Shown here piece by piece: positions 12,735-26,700 of a stretch of DNA of 64,000 nucleotides. How positions within the stretch are numbered: the first letter of the stretch is position 1; each line of letters starts with the position of its first letter. The DNA is taken from contig CP068257.2 in assembly GCA_009914755.4 (NCBI GenBank), forward strand, positions 32,832,001-32,896,000, read 5' to 3'. A program made the position numbers and the translations under genes. A model generated the notes under the pieces. It ran no database searches, was not told the origin of the DNA, and worked only from the letters and a program-made list of their open reading frames with translations. The DNA is from the human T2T-CHM13v2.0 reference genome, Homo sapiens.

Positions 12735-13796
12735 AACTCTATGTACTTTAATATTTAAGGAAAATTACATAAACTTTATCTGAAAATTCCCTGGATTCTT
12801 CTCCTCAAGGTCATGCTGTACATATGCAGGATCCTCCTGCCTACATCTCCAAATGGATAATGGATTGAAGCAAAATGTTTGTCCCACCAAACATTGGTGT
12901 GTAACCCTTTTAGTAACAATTCATAGACCAGGTAAACATGTGTGGAGCAGCCCAGATCAGCTGGAGGGAGCATTATTCTCATCAGAGTGTGGAACAATGC
13001 CTACCCATCTGTCAGCTGGTTATGGTGAAGACAGTATAAATGGAAGCACTGTCAGAAACTAAAGGCTTATGTAAGTGATGCTGTTCTTATGTCTCCTCTT
13101 CCTCTCTATCCCACATATGATGAATTATTTTATTATGATGATGCTGTAGTTGTTATTTTCTATTTGAAATGAAAAGACATGATTACAGATGAGAAAGAGT
13201 GTATTTTGTTATCCTTGATGCACTTGAAATGGTTTCCTCTTTTTTTTTTCCTGTTTTCTTCTTCTTCCTTCTCTCTTCACTCTTTCATTCTTGCCTCTCT
13301 CCATTTTATAGGTATGATTGATCTTGAAATAATGATGATAACAGAATGATAGCCCATATAGTCCTTGGGTCACTTCTGTCTCTATTTCTCTTTCTTCCCT
13401 CCTCTTTTTTTCTTGGTCCTTTTGCTAGATGGGTTGCGAGCATGGCTCCCTGCCCCTCTCAGTGGGTTTATCTTCATTTTCCATGAGCTCCCACCTCACT
13501 GCATGTGACATCAAAGCCAAAGCTCCAGCCACTTCTCATCCTTTCTTAGGAAAATCTCAAGTCTTAACTTGAAAGTTGAATGTCCTGCTTTTGTTCCTAA
13601 CTCTGCTCACAGGATAGTGGAAGAAGAAAGGCTCAGCCTGTTACCAGAAAGAACAGATCTGCAGTGTAACCCATCTAGGATGAAGGGTCATGTGGACAGT
13701 TCTTCACTCTTCCCTCTGGCTGCCCTTCAGTTGGTGTCCAGATGCCCCTGTGTTAGCCTGGGGGCATTCCTTGCCCTTTGGCCCCTCTTTTGTTGC

Positions 13797-14082
13797 CTTT
13801 TTTTTTTCTTAGACAAGGTCTAACTCCGCTGCCCAGGCTGGAGTGCAGTGGTGCGATCATTGCTCATTGCAACCTCGAACTCCTGGCTCAAGACATTCTC
13901 CCCGCTCAGCCTTGTGAGTAGCTGGAACTACAGTTGTACACCACCATGCCTTGGCTAATTTAAAAAGTCTTTTTGTAGGGATGGGAGTCTCAGGCTGGTC
14001 TTGAACTTCTGGCCTCCAGTGATCCTCCTGCCTTGGCCTCCCAAAGTTTTGGGATTACAGGCGTGAGCCATTGTGCCCTGCC
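13797..14082 (-). mobile_element. Alu SINE (older, diverged, antisense). Its TSD is approximately CTTT(T)GTTGC.
   Basis: Poly-T + agacaaggtctaactccgctgcccaggctggagtgcagtggtgcgatc...gggattacaggcgtgagccattgtgccc. The flanks ctcttttgttgcc / ccctttgttgct are near-identical. Confidence 0.8.
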
Positions 14083-17000
14083 CTTTGTTGCTTTTTCACT
14101 CCTTTACCCTGTGGTTTCTACTATCCTCAGGGACAACTCTCATTGCCCTGGGGCTTCTGGATCTTCAGCAAGACACACCCCTAAAGGCAAACAATCTTTC
14201 TTTAGCAGCAGCAGAGCACAAACGGAGTGTTGCTGTATGCTAAAAGCATACTATTTCCCCCCATGAGAAAGTCTAAGGGGTCCAGGGGTCCTGAAGTCCC
14301 TATCCTGCCCCCGCCAGTGACAGGTGATGGGGAACAGAATGCTGAAAGAGACCCCACCCAACCATCTGGTGTGTCAACACCCGCCCCTGCCGGTGCTGTC
14401 CACAGGTTGATCCCCATCCCACATGGGTGGCTTAACACATTCATGTCTTCTGAGAGCCATTTGTTGCTCCCCAGTCTCTTCTGTCCTCCTTCTTTGACCA
14501 ACATTTCCCTGTCTGATTTGCTTGGTCACAGGTAGCCTGTGTCAGTTTCCTCCCAGGACTCTCTTTGCCTGGGAATAAGTGCTATACATGAGAAGCATCC
14601 CTCCCAAGCGCTGTGTGTGGCCTCCTGGCATTCTCCTAAGACTTCCTAGAGGATTGCTCTGGTTCCAAAAAGAAACCAGCCACAACCTGTTTGGAGCCCT
14701 GCAGGATGTTCCAGCTCACCGACTTCATTCCCCACTACTTGCCCCTCTAACAGAGCTTCTAGACCAGCAGCCAAGGTGCCTCCATTCACTGTACATGACT
14801 CACCTTTCCCCCTTCTAGACACTTCTTCACGGGTCTAGCCTCTGTTTCCAGCTTTACACAGCACAGGCTGATGCCTGCCACTGAACGGGATCCAGGACTT
14901 TTTCAAATCTCAGATCCCCAGCAAAGGTATGACAATGGGCACCCTGACCAGCTCTGAGCCTCTAGGCATAGGGTCTATTTGTTTAATTTTGAATTCACTT
15001 TTAAGATTTAAAAATTGAGAGCTCTCATCTTCAACAAAATTCAGGGGATCTAGAAACATCATGCCCACTTGTGGCAGAGTAGCCAACTGGCAGAAACTGA
15101 TGCTGATGCTGTCTGTTTCCTACACAAAATGCAAACCAGAGTTTACCACAGGCCCGCTACTCCACATTCTCCTCCACAAGGACACTCAGCAGGCTCCTGT
15201 GCTGAACGGCTTGCCTGGTTCTGTAGGTGTAGGGTTTGTTACTCTGTTCCAGGACCTATTTTCCGCAAAGCCCCTTACCTGGCTGTTTCTTCCCTTGGCA
15301 TACGTGAGAACTCCTTTCCTCACTGAATTGCTTTGACCTTGCTAATTAGTTGTGTTGCAAGTGCTTTTTGGCTGTGTCGGACATGTATGTTCTGTTTATC
15401 ATTTTAGAGCAATGGTTATTAATTTTTTTCAGATTCTTCTTGGGAATTAGAGAAAAACTTATGGCTCTCCTCCACCATCCTGCCCCCACCTACCCCAATG
15501 CACACATGTGCAACATTTGTTCTACAATTCAAGAGCTCTCTAGACCCCTGATATGCTAGGCAATTCGTGGCTGCCACATTAGGAACCCCTGATTTAGGGG
15601 AAGGACTGTTTTCTCCATTAGACAAACTCAACTGTGTAGCATCAATTTCATGGGTCTACTGTGTACTGTGCCCAAAAAATGCCACTGAATGCTGCCTGAC
15701 TGGTGGATAGCAAGACTGTCCATTAATGTGGTCATTTAGGTTGCCTCTGCCCAGGTCTTGAGGTCATTGGCACTAATTCACAACACCCTCAAGTCACCCA
15801 GGGAAGATGAGACACAGTTGGCTGTAGACCCACAGTTTGGGCATTACAGCTGCCCTTGAAGTTGACAAATAACCACAACCTTCAAATTGTTATGAAAAGA
15901 GCACAAATCCAATTAAGAAAGCTTTTCCAAAAGAAATAACAGTGTTCCTACCCCCTCTGTCACTCTCCACCCCCTTTTTGTCCCAGAATAATGTTGTGCT
16001 GATAGGAACATGGATAAATTAATTACAGTCTGGAATGTTATTCATGGGTAGGAAAGAACACTAAATCTACTCGCACAATGTTTGATATTTAAAGATAAAC
16101 ATTGCCTTTATGTTTTTTTTTTAAACCTCAGTCAGCCTAGTTTACGAAGACATAGGTATAATCCTTTTAAATGCTGTGGATTTTTTAATCGCAAAGGTAA
16201 CAATATGCTGGGTGTTTTACCCAGCCAGAGAACCAGGAGATGCAGGAATGAGATTAGCATCTCTTTAGTTCCTTGCATATTTGATATTATTTTGGTGTAC
16301 CTCCAATTCCTGATAACATAGAAGAACTCTTGTGGTTGAAGTCCCTGAAATGGAAGGATATTGGTAACCCTGAATTTAAAACAAGCACAGGCAGCCTTTG
16401 TGGGAATGTGTGTGAAGGTCACCTTCTAGAAACAGGACTGTCCATAGCCATTGCCATGGTTTCTGTGTCATTTCAACCAGAACCTTAGGCCTGGAAGTCT
16501 GGATGGATGTGGGTTGGCATGGTCCTCTATGGGCATTAAATGAATAAATGGATATAGCAGAGGGAGTATCCAGCATGACTCAAAGAAGGATGAGAGGAAA
16601 CATATTCAAATAAAATCTTTAGAAAAGCAAATTTCAAAAAAAAATGCTTAAGTATAAAATATTTTGATGACAACCATGATTTTCAAATTGAATTCTTATT
16701 CTAAGTAATGGTCTAATCTGAACTTAGACCTCTTTCCTTAATTTTTTTCTCAATAAGCCTTTGGTGTCTAGTCAGTTCAATTCAGTATTTACTGAGTCCC
16801 TATACAGACAGGGTATAAGGCATTAATCAAATGTATGTCCAAAATTGCCCACCATGCAGGGCAGAGCTAAAATGCCTAACACCCCTCCTCTCACCAACAC
16901 ATCCCCCACCCACATCTCCAAAGACTTCCTGGCAGAGGTGATCTCTGCCTGCTGGGACAGATGTATAGGCTCCAACAGCAGCAGGGTGGCCCCTCTGACC

Positions 17001-18299
17001 ACCACCTTGGGACCCACATTGCTCTTAGAACTATTCCTCTTTTTTCATCCTTGAAGCCCCCAGCAAAGCTCAGCCTGAATCAACTTTTTCTAGGAATCTG
17101 ACAAGTTTCCAGGCTGATTTCCTGACCCAGTCAGATCCTCTTCCATCTTTCTTTGGGTGTTCAATTTTCTACTTCATTTTCCACCTCACATATTGGCCGT
17201 TGATGACCACATCAGCTCTTCTATGCTGTAAGCTCCCAAGGAACAAATTCTATCAAATGATTGGCCTTTCAGCTCTCTACTGTGACCAGAAAGTTGCCCA
17301 GTACATAAAAAGGGGTTCACAGGTATTTCTCACGTGGATAACTGGTGACTCATCTATCCATGATTTTGGGGATCCCCCACTTCCTGGACTAATTGTAAAC
17401 CACCTTCTACCACCTGGGGGTGCCTGAGCACAACAGAGCTAAGTGAACATTTCATCAGTCTAATTGGATTCAGTGGAATGTTGGGGGCCTGGAAATTTGG
17501 ACTAGGAAGGTAAGCAGGAGGAATAAGTGTGAATGACAGTATCTAAATTAAAATCTGTTGCCACGAAAGAAGATCAGACCTTTTCTCCTCTGATTTGTCC
17601 TTCTAGAAGTCACAAGATGCCCAAAGAATCATAAGCAATGGGTAACTAGGCAAGGGAATTATCTCTGACAAATGCCATGATTGCTCAGTGTCCCATTTCT
17701 CTTGGCAGCAAGAGTGGCCCAAAGACTAAACTGAGATGGGGGTCTGCACCCCTGCATGGGACTCAGGCTCTGCAGCTAGCCTTCCAACCACTAAACCTGA
17801 GCTGAGGTACTTTTAGCTCTTTATTTCTTGTTTTTCTCATTTGTCACTCAGATGAGAAGAATGCCCGCTCTGTTTGACTCAGTGTCAGCGTGATGAAGTA
17901 AAACAGCTTCTTTAAATCCCTCTGCAACAAGGCAGTGAATTGAAAATAAGAAAGATAGGGAAGAACATTCTGGGCAAGACAGCTCAATGAGTTCATGCTT
18001 TGATCGATCTCTCAGCTCTGAACACAAAGCCATGACAGGTAGGTATAAAAATAGAAAGCTAAAAAGAGATGTCTGGCTCAACAGAAGCAGAAGAGACACT
18101 GCTAGAAGCCTCTGACCTACTGGGCTCTTTGTCTAAAATCAGCAGGGAGTTTGGCCTCTGCTGGGCAAATCCAAGACGCCCCACCCAAGATGGCAGACAG
18201 GAACCAAGTACTTGCTTAAAGTCAGGAACTAGGGTGGGGCCCCGAAAGAAAGACAGTGCCTCACTGCTGCCTAGGGACCAAGGTTTTAGAAAAATAAGG

Positions 18300-20735
18300 T
18301 TGAGGGGCCAAGATGGCCGATTAGCTGCTGCTGCAGTCCGCGGCTCTCATGGAGAGGAATGAAAACAGCCAGTGAATTCAGCACCTTCAACTAAAATATC
18401 CAGATTCTCGGCCCCACTCGGACTAGTCAGACAACTAGACCTATGGAGAATGAAGAAAAGCAGGCTGGGAAAATGGTCCACCCGAGAGCGGCACGGAGCC
18501 AAAGGAAGCCCCAACCCCAGCAAAGGGAAGAGGTGAGTGAGTGTGCGACACCACCCGGAAAACCATGCTTCTCCCATGGATCTTCGCAACCCGCAGATCG
18601 GGAGATCCCTTCATGAGCCCATGCCACCGGGGCCTTGGGTCCGACACACAGAGCTGTGCAGAGTCGTGGCAGAGCGGCCACTCAGGCACACACAAAGACC
18701 CAGGAATTTTACATACTCCAGCCCAAGGAATCCCAGCAAGGCAGGAGATCCATTCATCTATTCCCCCAGGAAGGGGGCTGAACCCAGGGAGCCAACCAGC
18801 ATTGCTTTGCAGGCCCCGTTTACACAGCACCTCACAGGTTAAGGCCCACTGTAATTTTTGCCAGCCAGTGGTGACAGCCTGGAGTCAGCCTGAGATGGAC
18901 TGAGCTCTCGTGGGTAGAGGCAGCCACCATCTCTGCGGTTCAGTTGACTCAGCCATTCTAGCCTGCCAGCTCCGGGGAGTCCAGACAGTCTGGACAAGGA
19001 GGAGTCTCCCACAACGTGTAGCACAGGTGCTGTGCCAGATCGTGGCCAGACTGCTTCTTTAAGTGGGACCCCGATCCAATCCTCCTCACTGGGTGGGGCC
19101 TCCCTGTGGGAATTTCAGCAGCTCCAGCCAGGGTTATATGGAAAATACTCTGCTCTCTCCTGGGACGGAGACCCCCATGAGAAGGGGTGGCCGACGTCGC
19201 TGCAGTTCAGTGGACTCAGTCTTTCCAGCCTGCTGGCTCTGGAGAGTTCAGGCGGTCTGGAGGAAGGGTCCCCTCAATGCAGCACAGCCGCTACACCTGC
19301 TCTAACAAAAAGCAGCCAGACTGCTTCTTTAAGTGGGCCCCTGATCCCGTTCCTCCTGACTGGGTGAGACCTCCCAACAGGGGTCTCCAGAGACCTCCCA
19401 CAGGAGCGATCAGGCAGGCAACATGTCAGTACATTCCTGGGATGGAGAAAAACGAGCAGGCTGCCATCTTGCTGTTTTGCAGACTTCACTGGTGATACCT
19501 CCGGGTATGGGAAAAACCAAGGCAACTAGGGTCTGGAGCAGACCCTGAGCAAACCACAGCAGCCCTGCGGAAGAGTGACCTGACTGATAAAAGAAAAACA
19601 AACAAACAAACAGAAAGCACCACCGACAACATCAACCAGGAAAACCCCATTCAAAGGTGAGCAACCTCGAAAATCAAAGGTTGATAAGCCCACACAGATC
19701 AGAATCAATACAAAAACGCTGAAAACTCAAAAAGCCAGAGTGCCTCTTCTCCTCCAAATGACTGCAACACCTTTCCAGCAAGGGCATGGAACTAGGCTGA
19801 GGCTGAGATGGCTGAAATGACAGAAGTAGGCTTCAGAAGGTGGCTAATAATGAACGTCACTGAGCTAAAGGAGCATTTTGTAACATTAAAAAGTGGGGAA
19901 ACGACATGAACAGACACTTCTCAAAAGAAGACATTCATGCAGCCAACAAACAAATGAAAAAAAGCTCAACATCACCGATCATTAGAGAAATGCAAATGAA
20001 AACCACAATCAGCTACCATCTCACTCCCATCAGAATGGCTATTATTAAAAAGTCAAGAAACAACAGATGCTGGTGAGATTGCAGATAAAAATGAATGCTT
20101 TTACCCTATTGGTGGGAATATAAATTAGTTCAACCATTATGGAGGACAGTGTGGCGATTTCTCAAAGATCTAGAGGCAGAAATACCATTTGGCCCAGCAA
20201 TCCCTTTACTGGGTATATATATCATTCTATTATATATACATAAAATAGGAATACAAAACATGCTATTCCTATTATATGTGTAATAGGAATACAAATCATT
20301 GTATTCTAAAGACATGCATATGTTCATTGCAGCATGATTCATAATAGTAAAGACATGGAATCAACCTAAATGCTAGACTGGATAAAGAAAATGTGGTACA
20401 TATACACCATGGAATACTATGCAGCCATAAAAAGGAAAGAGATTATGTCCTTTGCAGGGACACCGATGGAGCTGGAAGCCGTTATCCTCAGCAAACTAAT
20501 GCAGGAACAGAAAACCAAACACTGCATGATCTCATTTATAAGTGGGAGCTGAATGACAAGAACACATGGCCACGTGAGGGGAATAACACACACTGGGGCC
20601 TGTCAGGGAAGGGGGAGAGAGAGCATCAGGAAGAATAGCTAATGGATGCTGGGCTTAATACCTACGTGATGGGTTGATCTGTGCATTTTGTAACCAAATG
20701 TACCTGTAATTTATGATCCAATTCAAGTTGAATTT
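18300..20735 (+). mobile_element. L1 (older L1PA/L1PB-like) with a large internal deletion. The intact 5'UTR and start of ORF1 (18300-~19875) are joined directly to the ORF2 C-terminus and 3'UTR (~19880-20735).
   Basis: The 5' end gaggggccaagatggccgattagc is similar to the L1 5'UTR start GGAGCCAAGATGGCCGAATAGG. The ORF1 leader is ...ccagagtgcctcttctcctccaaatgactgcaac. The abrupt switch at ~19880 to aagtggggaaacgacatgaacagacacttctcaaaagaagacattcatgcagccaa... encodes [15 protein letters not shown] of ORF2. The 3' end is ...ataagtgggagctgaatgacaagaacacatgg. Confidence 0.8.
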
Positions 20736-20749
20736 TTTATAAAAGATAA

Positions 20750-23700
20750 AGGAAAGATTAGGATTATGTTTTTACATAGAAATGCACAATTGTTTCAGTA
20801 CAAACTAAAGAGATTTTCAGAATTTCATAGATGAAAACAATTCACATTTGCTAAAATGTATCCTATTAATACTAACGGTTGTACTTCAGCCATAAGAAAA
20901 GAGGACAGAAGGGAATGTGTGAAAGTCAGTATTAAATGGTAGTCAATTAAAAATAAAATAAAAATTTTGAAAGGTAAAATAATAATTACTGAAACTGATA
21001 AACAATATTAATAATTTTAATAGCCATTAAATTAACAAAATAATAATAATTAGATTTGGAATTTTTTAAAGAATAAGATGAGTTAAATGGGTGAAAGTCC
21101 ACAGAAAGAAAGTTTTCTGGGTCCTTGATGTGATCGGGAAGAAAACAGAAATATTTAACAACAGAAATTTTGTAGGAAATTCATAGTTTACTAAGTATGC
21201 TAAAATTTTATAGATAATTACAAAAAGGATATAAGTAATCTATAAGTTGCAAAGCAACAAAATATATTCTTTTGTGTAAATAAAAGGGAAAATAGAATGG
21301 TTTCTCACACCAATGAGAAATAGGAGGGAAAAATACTTTAAGAGAAAAAGTTGTGAAATAAAAATCAAAATGTAACATGGTAAAAATATATGCAGGTACA
21401 TCAATAATCATAATATCTTTAAATAGAATAAGCACACAAAAGACTACAATGATTACATTGAATAACAAAATAAAATCTAATTATATGCTGCTTACAAGAT
21501 ATACATTTGAAGTAAAACCAAATTGAAAAGTTGAAAATTAAGTAATAAAAAAATACTAAGCAAAGGCTAACACACAGAAATCTAAGGTAGCAATATTAAC
21601 ACAAGACAAAGTAAAAATTCAGGTGATTAATAGTATACAAAGATCACCCAATTTAATAAAAGGAAACAGTCTGCTAGGAAAATATTACAATTATGGGTAT
21701 GTAGTTAACTATACAGACTCAGCAAATATAAAGCAATCCTGGCAGATTTATAAGACATTGATATATCTATCTATCTTATCAATTCCCTTAAGGGGAACTG
21801 AGTTGTAGGGAGCCATTTAACACACTTCTCTCAGCAACTGGTAGATCTGCCCTCCCCAACATAGTAAGCATATAGAATATTTGAGTGATGAAATTAACAA
21901 AGTTCATTAAATATATATATAGAGAGAGCACTACACCCAACCAATAAACAATATGCATTTTTTTAACAAGTGTTCACGGAACTTTTTTTACCATTTGGCC
22001 ATGTACTAGATCATGAAAGAAGTCTCAAGAACATTTTAAATATTAGTTTTACATACGTGCTTGGCTCTATGATCAAAATGCAGTTAGGTTATAAATCAGC
22101 AGTAAATTTATGGTCAATAAATCTTCACATATCTGAAAACCAAAAACCAAGTACATGTCTACTTAACCCATTGGTTAGAGAAGAAAACATTTTAGAAACA
22201 ATAAAATACTAAATGCCATAGAAAATACTATATATGAAAGTTTCTGGGATGCAGCTAATGTGGTTCTTAGAGGTAAATTGACAGCATTAAATGAATTTTT
22301 GAAAAGAAAAATGATAGAAAATAAGTTTAACTAAAAAAAGGAGACATATGAAATAAACTAAAGAAAGTAGATTAAACAAAATTTTAAAAACAAAAATTAG
22401 CAAAAATGAAAATGAAAAAGGAGAGAAGAGCTACTAGATGGAAAGCTACTCAAGGAACACAATTTGAAGATTTAAATAAGATATATATTTTTCTAGAAAA
22501 AAAACATGAACTTCCAAAGTCAATTTATGAATAGAGCTTCATCATAAAACTGGAATCTATAAAAAGTATCAGTTCAATAGATGGATTTACTAACATATTA
22601 GACACAGCTGAAGAAATTATTTATGAATTAGAATGTAAGTCAGTTAAAAATATTCAGGGTGAAACACAAGAGAAAAATAATGAAAAATACAAAAAAAGAG
22701 TATAAGAGATGTAAGGAAAAGGATTAAGAGAAGTGCAGTTAGAGGCTGAGAAGTACAGAAGAAAGTGAACAGAGCAGAAGTGATATTTGAAGAGATAGGG
22801 ACTGAGAATTTTCCAAAAACTGATTTTAAAAATGAAGCCATGGGTGAAAGAAGTATTTAAAACTTCAAGAAAAATTACTTTAAGGAAAATCAGAATTTCT
22901 TAGTGCATCATATTAAAATGCTGAAAACAAAAAATAAAGAGAAAATCTTACAATCAGACAGAGGGGAAAAAGATATACAGGAATCACCAATAAGATAGAT
23001 ACTGTATCTCATTTCTCAAAAGGAAGATTGAATACTATAGAAAATTAAATGGCATCTTTAAAGTGCTGAAAGAAAATAACTACCCACCTAGAATTCTATA
23101 CCTAATGAAAATGTCCTTTAAAAATGAAGGCAAAATAAAGGCTCTAATAATTCAAGGAGCGTTCTGCAATCTCTAATGTTTTAACTAAAATAATGAAAGA
23201 ATGTATAAATAATAATGGGGAAATATGAAACAAAGAAAAATACTTCATTAATCTAAAAAGCATAAGAAATAATAAGTCCATAGACAAGTGTAACAAACAG
23301 AAACATTACAGAGTTGGTAAAACTTGAGGAGAAATAGATGAATCCACTATTCAACACTACTTTAACAGAAACAGACAGATACAGCATGCTAAAAATCAGT
23401 GCGAACATAGTTGAATTCAGCAGCACCATCAATCAACTGGATCTGATTCATCTAAAACGTCATCCAACAACAGCAGAATACACATTCTTCTCAAGCTCAT
23501 ATGGAACACTCACCAAGATAGACCACATTCTGCGTCATAAAATACACTTGGCAAATTTAGAAGAATCAAAATCATCCTATGTCTGCCCTCAGACCACAAT
23601 GGAATGAAAACTAGAAATCAATGACAGAAAGATAACAGGAAAAATCCCCAACTACTTGGAGGTTGAACAATATACCTAATAACACATGAGTCAAAGAAGA

Positions 23701-26700
23701 AATCTCAAGGTAAACTTTAAAATATTTTGAACTAAATGAAAATAAAAATACGTGTTGTCAAAATTTGTGAGATGCAGCAAAAGCAGTGTTTAGAGGAAAA
23801 GTTGTAGCATTAAATGCATATGTTAGAAATGAGGAAAGATCTAAAATTAACAATCAGCTTTCAGCATGGAAAACTGAAGAAGAACAACTTAAGCCTAAAG
23901 CAAATAGAAAAAAAAAGAAATAAGAAAAATTAATTAAAAATAGGAAATAAGTGAAGAAAATCGACAAAGACAAAAGCTGGTTCTTTGAAAACATCAATAA
24001 AATTGACAAACTTCTAGTCAGGCTAAGAACAAAAAACAGGAGACACAAATTACCAACATTAGATATGAAAGAGAGTCATCACTACTGATTACATGAACAA
24101 CAAAATGATCATTTAAAAATACTGAAAACAACATTATGCTCACAATTTTGAAGAACTTTGATGAAATGGACCAATTCTTTGAAAGACCCAAACTACCAAA
24201 ACTCACACAAGGAAAAATAGATCTGAATAGGCCCATATTTATTAGATAAATTGAATCAATAATTAATAGACTTCCAAAAAGAAAGCACCAAGCTAACATG
24301 GTTTCCCTGGTAAATTCTATCTAACACTTTTAAAATAAGTGATATTAATTCTCTGTAGTCTCTTTCAGAAAATAGAAGCAGAGGAAACACTTCCTAATTC
24401 ATTATATGAGGCTAACATTATCCTAATACCAAGAGCAGACATTACAATAAAGGGAAACTACAGACTAATATCTCTCATGAATGTGGATGCAAAAATTCAC
24501 AACAAAATATTAACAAATCAAATACAATAATGTACAAAAAGAATTATACATCACAAATGAGTGAGATTTATTTCAGGTATGGAAGGCTGGTTTAACATTT
24601 GAGAGTCAGTTAATGGAACCCACCGCACCAACAGGCTGAAGAAAAAAATCATATGATTATATCAATTGATGAAGAAAAAGCATGACAAAATCCAAACCCA
24701 TTCATGATGAAAACTCTCAGCAAACTAGGAATTCAACTTCATAAAGCACATCTACAAAAACCTACAGCTAACATCATCCTTGATGGTGAGAAACTGAATG
24801 TTTTCTCCTTAAGATCAGGAATTAGACCAAGATGTCCCTCTCACAACTCCTATTCAACATTATACTGGAAATTCTAGCTTGTGTTAAAAAACAAGAAAAG
24901 GAAATAAAAGACATACAAGTTGGGAAGGAAAAAATAAAACTGTCTTTTTCACAAATGACATGATTGTCTATTTAGAAAATCCCAAGAATTAACTAAAATT
25001 TCTTGGAACTAATAAGTGATTTTATTAGTTTACTAAGACTGCCAATAACAAAATACAACAGACTGGGTGAGTTAAATGACTTAAATTTATTTTCTCATAG
25101 TTTTGGAGGCTAGAAGTTCAAGGTCAGGGTGTCAGCAGGTTTGATTTCTCCTGAGGCCTCTCTCCTCCTCTTGCAGATGGCCACATTTTTGCTGTGTCCT
25201 CACATGGCCTTTTCTCTGTGTATGAAAATCCCTGGTGTCTCTTTCTGTTTGTCTCATCTTCTTAGAGGGACACCAGTCAGATTGAATTAGGGTCCACCCT
25301 AGAGGCCTTATTTTAACTTAATCACTTTTTAAAGTCCACATCTCCAAATGCAGTCACATTCTAGGGTACTGGGGATTAGGGTTTCAACATATGAAATTTG
25401 TGGAGGGACAAATTCAGTCCATAATAGTGATTATATTATAGCAAGGTTGCAGAATACAAGGTTGATACAGGAAAGCCAATAGCTTTCTTATATACTATCA
25501 ATGAACAATTAAAAATACAAATTTAAAAGCACAATATCATTTACAATAGTACCAAAGAAAGAAGGAAAGACATTAATTCTCAGGTAGAAATCTACAAAAA
25601 CATATACAGGATCTATATGCAGAAAACTATAAAACTCTGATGAAAGAAATCAAATCAAATGAAAACAAATGGAGAGATATTTCATGTCCTTGGATTGGAA
25701 GACTCAATGTTATTTAAAAGACAATTCACTGTAACTTGATCTATAGATTCAACATAATCTCCCCAAATTCCAGCAAGCTACTTTGTGCATATCAACAAAC
25801 TGATTCTGAAGTTTATATAAAAAAGCAAAAGACATAAAATAGCCAATACAGTATTGAAGAACAGAGTTGAAGGCTGACACTACTGACTTCAAGACTTAAT
25901 ATAAAGCTCCAGCAAGGAAGACACCACAGTACTGGTGAAAGAATAGACACTTAGGTCAGTGGAACAGAATAGACAGGCCAGAAGAGGACTCTCACAAATA
26001 TACTATAGTCAATTCTCTTTGATAAAGAACCAAAGACAATTCAATGGAGTAAGGGCAGTGTTTTCAACAAATGGTGCATAACAATTGGACAGCCACGTAT
26101 AAGAAAACAAATCTAGACTCAGATCTTACACCTTTCACAAAAACTAACTGAAATAGATCATGGATCTCAATGTAAAATACAATATTTTCAGATTTCCAGA
26201 AAAAAAAAAGCAGAAAATCAATGTAACCTTGAATTTAGTGATGAGTTTTAAAATACAAGCCAAAAAGCATGATTCATGAAAAAAATTTATAAATTATACT
26301 TGATTAAAATTAAAATACTATGTTCTGTGAAAAATACTGTTAAGGGAATCAAAAGACAAGGCACAGATTGGGAGAAAATATTTGCAAACCACCTATGTGA
26401 TACGGTACTTGTATCCAAAATACACAAGAAACTCTTAAAAAAACAAGAAAGCAAGTAATGCAATTTTAAAGTGGGCTAAAGATCTGAAGAGACAGATCAC
26501 CAAGGAAGATTCATAGAATGGCAGATAGAAAGATGCCCATCATAATTTACGGCTGGGCACAGCAGCACCAGCTCCTCAGAAGGCTGAGGCAGGAGGGCCC
26601 CTTGAAACCAGGAGTTTGAAGCTATTGTAGGCTATGATGTGCCTGTGAACGGCCACTGCACTCCAGACTGGGCAACATAGTGAGAGCTCATCTTTAAAAT

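Noticed and set aside
13230-13420. Pyrimidine-rich (CT/TTC) low-complexity tracts
   Set aside because: These are polypyrimidine simple sequence common in introns. There is no adjacent AG/exon signal that would make them a functional acceptor region.
20215-20300. Small inverted/direct repeat ataggaatacaaa...tattcctat...ataggaatacaaa inside the L1 3' region
   Set aside because: It is a local slippage/duplication within decayed L1 3'UTR. It is too short and AT-rich to be meaningful.
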